From assembly GCA_004022145.1 (NCBI GenBank), contig RCNU01000016.1: DNA of 64,000 bases; one strand, written 5' to 3'. Positions 58,977 through 64,000 of the stretch are shown here, in pieces. Both the position numbers and the translations under genes were made by a program. This stretch comes from Paecilomyces variotii. Its lineage: Eukaryota. The stretch's first letter is position 1. The number at the start of each line of letters is the position of its first letter. Below the pieces are notes generated by a model, which saw only the letters and a program-made list of their open reading frames with translations, made no database searches and was not told the origin of the DNA.

Positions 58977-60892
58977 ATGGCTCCTTCGCTAGCGACACTA
59001 TTTAGCGTCGGGCTGTCCCTGTCCGCAGTTTTGCCTCTTGGTCATGCTTCAGCGACAGGTGAGTCGGCTGTTTAATTCCTTCTTTTTTCTTTGGGTCAAT
59101 TGCTAAGATCTGGCAAGCGAAATGTGAATACCCTCCGTTGATAAACGCTACGGCGGATGAGCTTCAGGCTGGACTCAGCGGAGGATGTTTTACCAGCCTC
59201 GATCTGGTTAATGTTAGTATTCTTGCACTCTTTCAGAACCTGCACAGCGCTGACTACTAACAGACTTATGTTGCAAGGATTCAAGAGGTCAATGACACAT
59301 TGCACATGGTTACACAGTTGAATCCAGACGCCTGGCAGATCGCGATGCAACTGGATATTGAACGGATGACCGGCAAGGTTCGAGGGTATGTTTCTACAGT
59401 AGCTTTGGCCAGTATACTTCTCGCTGATAAAAGGTACCAGGCCACTTCACGGTCTCCCCATTTTGATCAAGGCCAACTTGGGCACTAAGGATAAGCTGGA
59501 AACAACCGGTAATATGCTGCAATGCGTCCCTGTTCGAACTGGCTTCTGACTGCACTCTAGCCGGTTCTTATGCCTTGGTTGGAGCCAAGGTACCCGCCGA
59601 TTCGACTGTGGCGGCCAAGCTTCGAGAAGCTGGAATGGTCATCTTAGGGAAGACTGACCTCTCCCAATGGGCGAACTTCCGTTCCTATAATAGCTCCAAT
59701 GGCTGGAGCGCCTATGGAGGGCAGACATATGATGCTTATTTCCCTATGCAAGATCCTAGCGGAAGTTCCAGTGGTAGTGGTGTCGCATCCGACCTGGGTC
59801 TCGCGTTTGCTGCCATTGGGACAGAGGTAAGCATTGTCTTCGGGGGTACAAGCAGTAGATACCGTCTGACTCATGAGACAGACGAGCGGCAGCATCGTAA
59901 GCCCCAGTGAGTTCAACAATCTCGTGGGCATCAAGCCCTCTGTTGGCCTGACCTCTCGGTACCTGGTTGTGCCAATCAGTGAGCGTCAGGATACCGTTGG
60001 TCCCATGGCCAGGACCGTCAAGGACGCCGCAAAGGTGCTCCAAGCCATTGCAGGGAAAGACTCAAACGATAACTACACGATGGCGATCCCATTCAACGAA
60101 TCTCTTCCTGATTATGTTGGAGCCTGCAAATTGGATGGTCTCCAAGGAAAGCGGATTGGTGTTGCCCGCAACGTCATTGACCTGTCCGCAACAAATGATT
60201 CGGCCCCTATCATCGCAGCTTTCAACAATGCTATCAAGATCATCGCCTCAGCAGGCGCTACGATTGTTGAGGACGCCAACTTCACAGCCTACGCCACATA
60301 TGCGAACAGCAGCATTCCGGAGAGCATACTGCAAGCTGATTTTGTCAGCGATATCGCAAAGTACTTTTCAGAACTCGAAACCAATCCCACCAATATCCAC
60401 GATCTCGCTCAACTGCGTAACTTCACCCAGCATTTCCCGCTGGAAGACTATCCCAACCGCGACACTGGGATCTGGGATGCTGCCCTTGCGGCGGGCATCA
60501 ACAACACCTCTCCAGAATTCTGGCCGATCTATCAGAAGAACTTATACTTTGGCGGCAAGGGTGGGATCCTGGGAGCTCTTAAGCGGCACAACCTCGATGC
60601 CGTCATCCTCCCAACTGGCATGGCATACCCTGTTTCCGCTCTGGTCGGTGCGCCTCTCATTACCGTCCCGCTTGGCGCGTATCCGAAAGGCACCCAGGTG
60701 GAATGGAATAGTCGAGGAGACCTCGTGGAGCAGGGACCAGGGACGCCGTTTGGGATCAGCTTCATGGGTGCGAAGTGGAGCGAGGAGTCACTGATCGAGA
60801 TGGCCTACGCATTTGAGCAGAGGACATTGGTAAGGGGGACATTGAGCCATTATATCCAACCGCGGACGGAGCTGAAGGACGTTGTAATCTGA
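58977..60892 (+). CDS. Secreted amidase signature family protein
   Basis: Exons 58977-59058, 59118-59212, 59264-59385, 59441-59508, 59561-59826, 59882-60892. Signal peptide, GPLHGLPILIK (Lys), LGKTDLSQWANFR, DPSGSSSGSG, GTE|TSGSIVSP, GIKPSVGL and AYAFEQ. Confidence 0.93.
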
Positions 60893-62710
60893 GCGCCTAC
60901 AAGTCATGGTCTCGTAGCGATATAAATAGAGATACCAGAGAAAGGAAGATTAATGGCTTGATCCAATGACTGCACTTATCGGGGACGATGCCAGTGCTGT
61001 TGCAAAGACCGAAGCGCTGGCCTCACCCTAATAAACCCGAGCTTAAGAGCATCACGCGAATAAAGATGACGGCGCATTTTATCCATCGAGGATCTTCATG
61101 GATTTAATGCATCATGAAACCATCAGTGCCTATAATAATAGAAAATCTCGACACTGTCGTGGAGAACTTAAGAATATACTACGGTCTGGTCTGATTGTGG
61201 CTTGCCTCGGTTAGATAAGATACCTAAGAGTACAAAGTACATGTAGTTACATAGTTCACTAGTTAATAATCCACCGTGGCGCTGGTCATCGTCGGTCAAT
61301 AGGCTAATAATGAATAATAGAATAACTCATACTGATAGTTGCAGTATTACTTGCTGAAAAGACTACTGTTAAAAAATCCTATGATTCCTGTTTTATAACA
61401 CCGTGGAAGTGTTGTATAACGATCAACAACCCCATTTCTTTATCTTCGGATGATATCCCGCTTAATAATCCCGAGAACCAATTAGCAAAGCCATCACAGC
61501 ACGCGCTCCTTTAATCTCGACCACGTTCTTCAACAGCTTCTTCTTGTTCGGAGATGCCCACCTTGTCGATCATGCACATTATCCTGGACGCTGCAGTCAT
61601 CTCAGCGATCTAAGAGAGTAGAACTACGCTCGTGCGTGTTTGATAAAACCAATCATGGATAGAGAAAAAAAATTTTTTTTTTTCGTCCTTCGGAACAGTA
61701 GTATCTTGGCTTTTGGACACTGTCGCAAATGGAGTGGGCGCCAAAGGGTTCGGGAAAGTCGAAAAAATGGAATCCACAAAGGGCAGTGCCAAGGGTCAGT
61801 AAACAGTACTTAGAGTACTAAGGAAGGAAGTGGTTCTCATTCTCATTCTACTGTATGTACATGTTTAATAATACATACCTACTTAAGCACGCAGCCCAAA
61901 AATGCTCCCCATCCTCGCAGACATTCCGGAAATTCGGGCCTAACAGGTCTAGCCAACGTATTTCTCTGGGGATCTATAGATTAAGTATTTGGGTTTTTTT
62001 CTTTTGCATAGTTTATCTCGACTTGATGTGGCGTTAGAGACAACACAAAGCGCCGGGCGTCTCAGTGGCCCGCGATTCGCATACAAGCAAGGTTTGGGAT
62101 TCAAGTTCCTCGACGGTAGCAGTTTAGCTAGTTACATATCTAGTCTAACTACCTAGCTAGATCCGCATTACTCTTACTCCAGATACATCCCTGTAGCCCG
62201 GTTAAACTCACGGATAGCCGGCACAGATCCGAGCGATAGACTAAGGCTACTGCAATAATGGGTCCTAAGCTGGAGACTGATTATCGGCGATGGATCCAGG
62301 ATTCTAAAGCGTTAAACATCACCACAACCTGCTATGCTAACCACTGATCTCCGCATGTGCTCTCTCCGCCACCTCTGAGATCTCCGCCAGATCTAGATCT
62401 ACCACCAATGAAGAGTCGGATGCTTCTTTCATGGTCACTGGGTAATAGGTATTCGCGGTCTGACTAGCGTATCGGCTTTGGACTTGTCTGGGCCGATATT
62501 ATAGCATAGAGATTGATATCATCACCTGGGTCCATCATGTCGCTCCTTCCTCCGGTTCTGCACGAGCTATGGCTTGGTGCGGAGGCCTTCCTGGGAGCTA
62601 GATTCTACATATCTACGCTGCCCACGGAGGAAGCCGAGCCTTTTCTCTCTCAGATCGCAGCCTTGTTCGAAGGCCCGTCTCTGTGGTGCTGGATTCGGTC
62701 TGTACTGCTG

Positions 62711-64000
62711 ATGATAATCCGCACGACGGTGTTTTCTGGTCTATTCAGAAACTTCCCTTCGCTCGCCATGCTTTCCATGGATGTGTCCTCCGGCACGGTT
62801 CTTGGCTCGTTGGTGGCACGGTCGTTGGATTTCACGCAATATGTCAATGTTTTGTGAGCGATATCAGCTACATATGTTGTAAATGTTTATCCACAGGAAA
62901 CAGTTCTAACAGCGGTTAGCACGGGATCTCAAAATGGCGGAAATGACTTTCCTGGAGTCGCCCGCCCGTTCGGCATGGTCAAATTGGGACCTGATCTGCT
63001 CGTCCCAGGAACGGATTCCTATTCCGGCTATCTACCCAATGGGAACTTTTCAGGTTTCAGCTTAATGCACGAGCAAGGAACCGGTGGTGCTCCGAAATAT
63101 GGCACTGTCTCTCAACTTCCCATTGTCGGTGTCGTGTCTGATCCATTGTCCAACTTGACTGTTGGGCGAGCTGTCGCAGACCAAGCATCCGTGGGATACT
63201 ACAAGGCCCAGACGACGGATAATGTCACCGTCGAGCTCGCTGCTTCGGAGCGGGCTGGTATGTACCAATATACCTTCCCGGAAGGGGTGTCGGGGAGTAT
63301 CCTCGTCGACGTCTCACATGTGTTGCCCTCCTTCAGAGGACAGGGTCTGGGGCAGAACTATGAAGGTGGTCAGATCGAAGTATTCCCTGACGGCCATTAT
63401 GAAGGCTATGGAACTTATGACAACGGCTGGAATAGGGCACCAGACTGGAACATATACTTCTGTATGTGCATGGTTGAATGATCCTGCGGAAGGAATAGGT
63501 TGCTGATTGTAAATAGGCGGACATTTTGATACTGCTCCCGTCAGCAACAAGACTTATAGTGGCACTGATGCTAGTGGGAGCGTTGAACAGGCCAGTGGAT
63601 CTGCATTCTCCAGTGCAGGCGCTACCCGAGTCGGCAGTCTGTTCACATTCAGCAGCCCTCGAGTCGTGTCGCGGGTTGGAATCTCTTGGATCTCCACCGC
63701 ACAAGCCTGCCAAAATGTGCAGACCGAGATTCCACCTGGAACTGACCTGCAGACGGTCGTCGACGACACGAAAGCAGACTGGAATACCAAAGTGCTATCC
63801 AAGATTACGACCACGAACACAAACGAGACGAGCCTGACACTGTTGTACACTTCGTTGTATTTCATGCATCTGATTCCCACCAATCAAACTGGCGAGAACC
63901 CGAGCTGGAGCTCCAGTGAGCCTTACTGGGAGGATATCTTCACTTACTGGGTTGGTTTGCCTCCCCAATGACTTTGGTCATGCTGTGGCCTTTTTGACTG
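62711..64000 (+). CDS. Glycoside hydrolase family 92 alpha-1,2-mannosidase (runs off the window end)
   Basis: QYVNVF|TGSQNGGNDFPGVARPFGMVKLGPD, GFSLMHEQGTGGAPKYG, SRVGISWIS..QACQN, LYTSLYFMHLIPTNQTGENP and YWEDIFTYW. Introns at 62854-62919, 63462-63516 and from 63951. The start codon is uncertain (62537, 62711 or 62768). Confidence 0.92.

Noticed and set aside
59967-60794. 275-aa alternative-frame ORF overlapping the amidase, and similar shadow ORFs over other genes
   Set aside because: These are by-products of codon bias in the real CDS, with low-complexity Ser/Pro/Arg content and no motifs.

Overview
This is eukaryotic, intron-rich DNA from a filamentous ascomycete. Gene content and GT-AG introns with CTRAY branch sites look Eurotiales-like (Aspergillus/Paecilomyces type), which is an inference. 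I built about 23 spliced gene models by hand. The left ~39 kb is mostly conserved or housekeeping genes: Myb-like, Abp2, GT8, F-box/LRR, WW-domain protein, BRX1, Pth11-like, Rab11, chromodomain protein, mitochondrial ClpX and DUF3405. It is interrupted at 7.0-10.6 kb by an odd block: two head-to-head paralogous Cys/His microproteins flank an F-box gene and a TIR-bounded decayed transposon, and a 14-bp minisatellite follows. The right ~24 kb is a sparser accessory or catabolic region: Zn-ADH, MFS, Zn2Cys6 TF, secreted lipase, ferritin-like protein, alpha/beta hydrolase, amidase and GH92. The top oddities are (1) the microprotein/F-box cassette, with an intron apparently splitting one start codon, (2) a single in-frame TAG inside an otherwise intact chromodomain gene, and (3) an animal-type ferritin homologue with a remodelled ferroxidase centre. 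I found no rRNA, tRNA or CRISPR features. All family calls come from motif recognition by eye, not from database searches.
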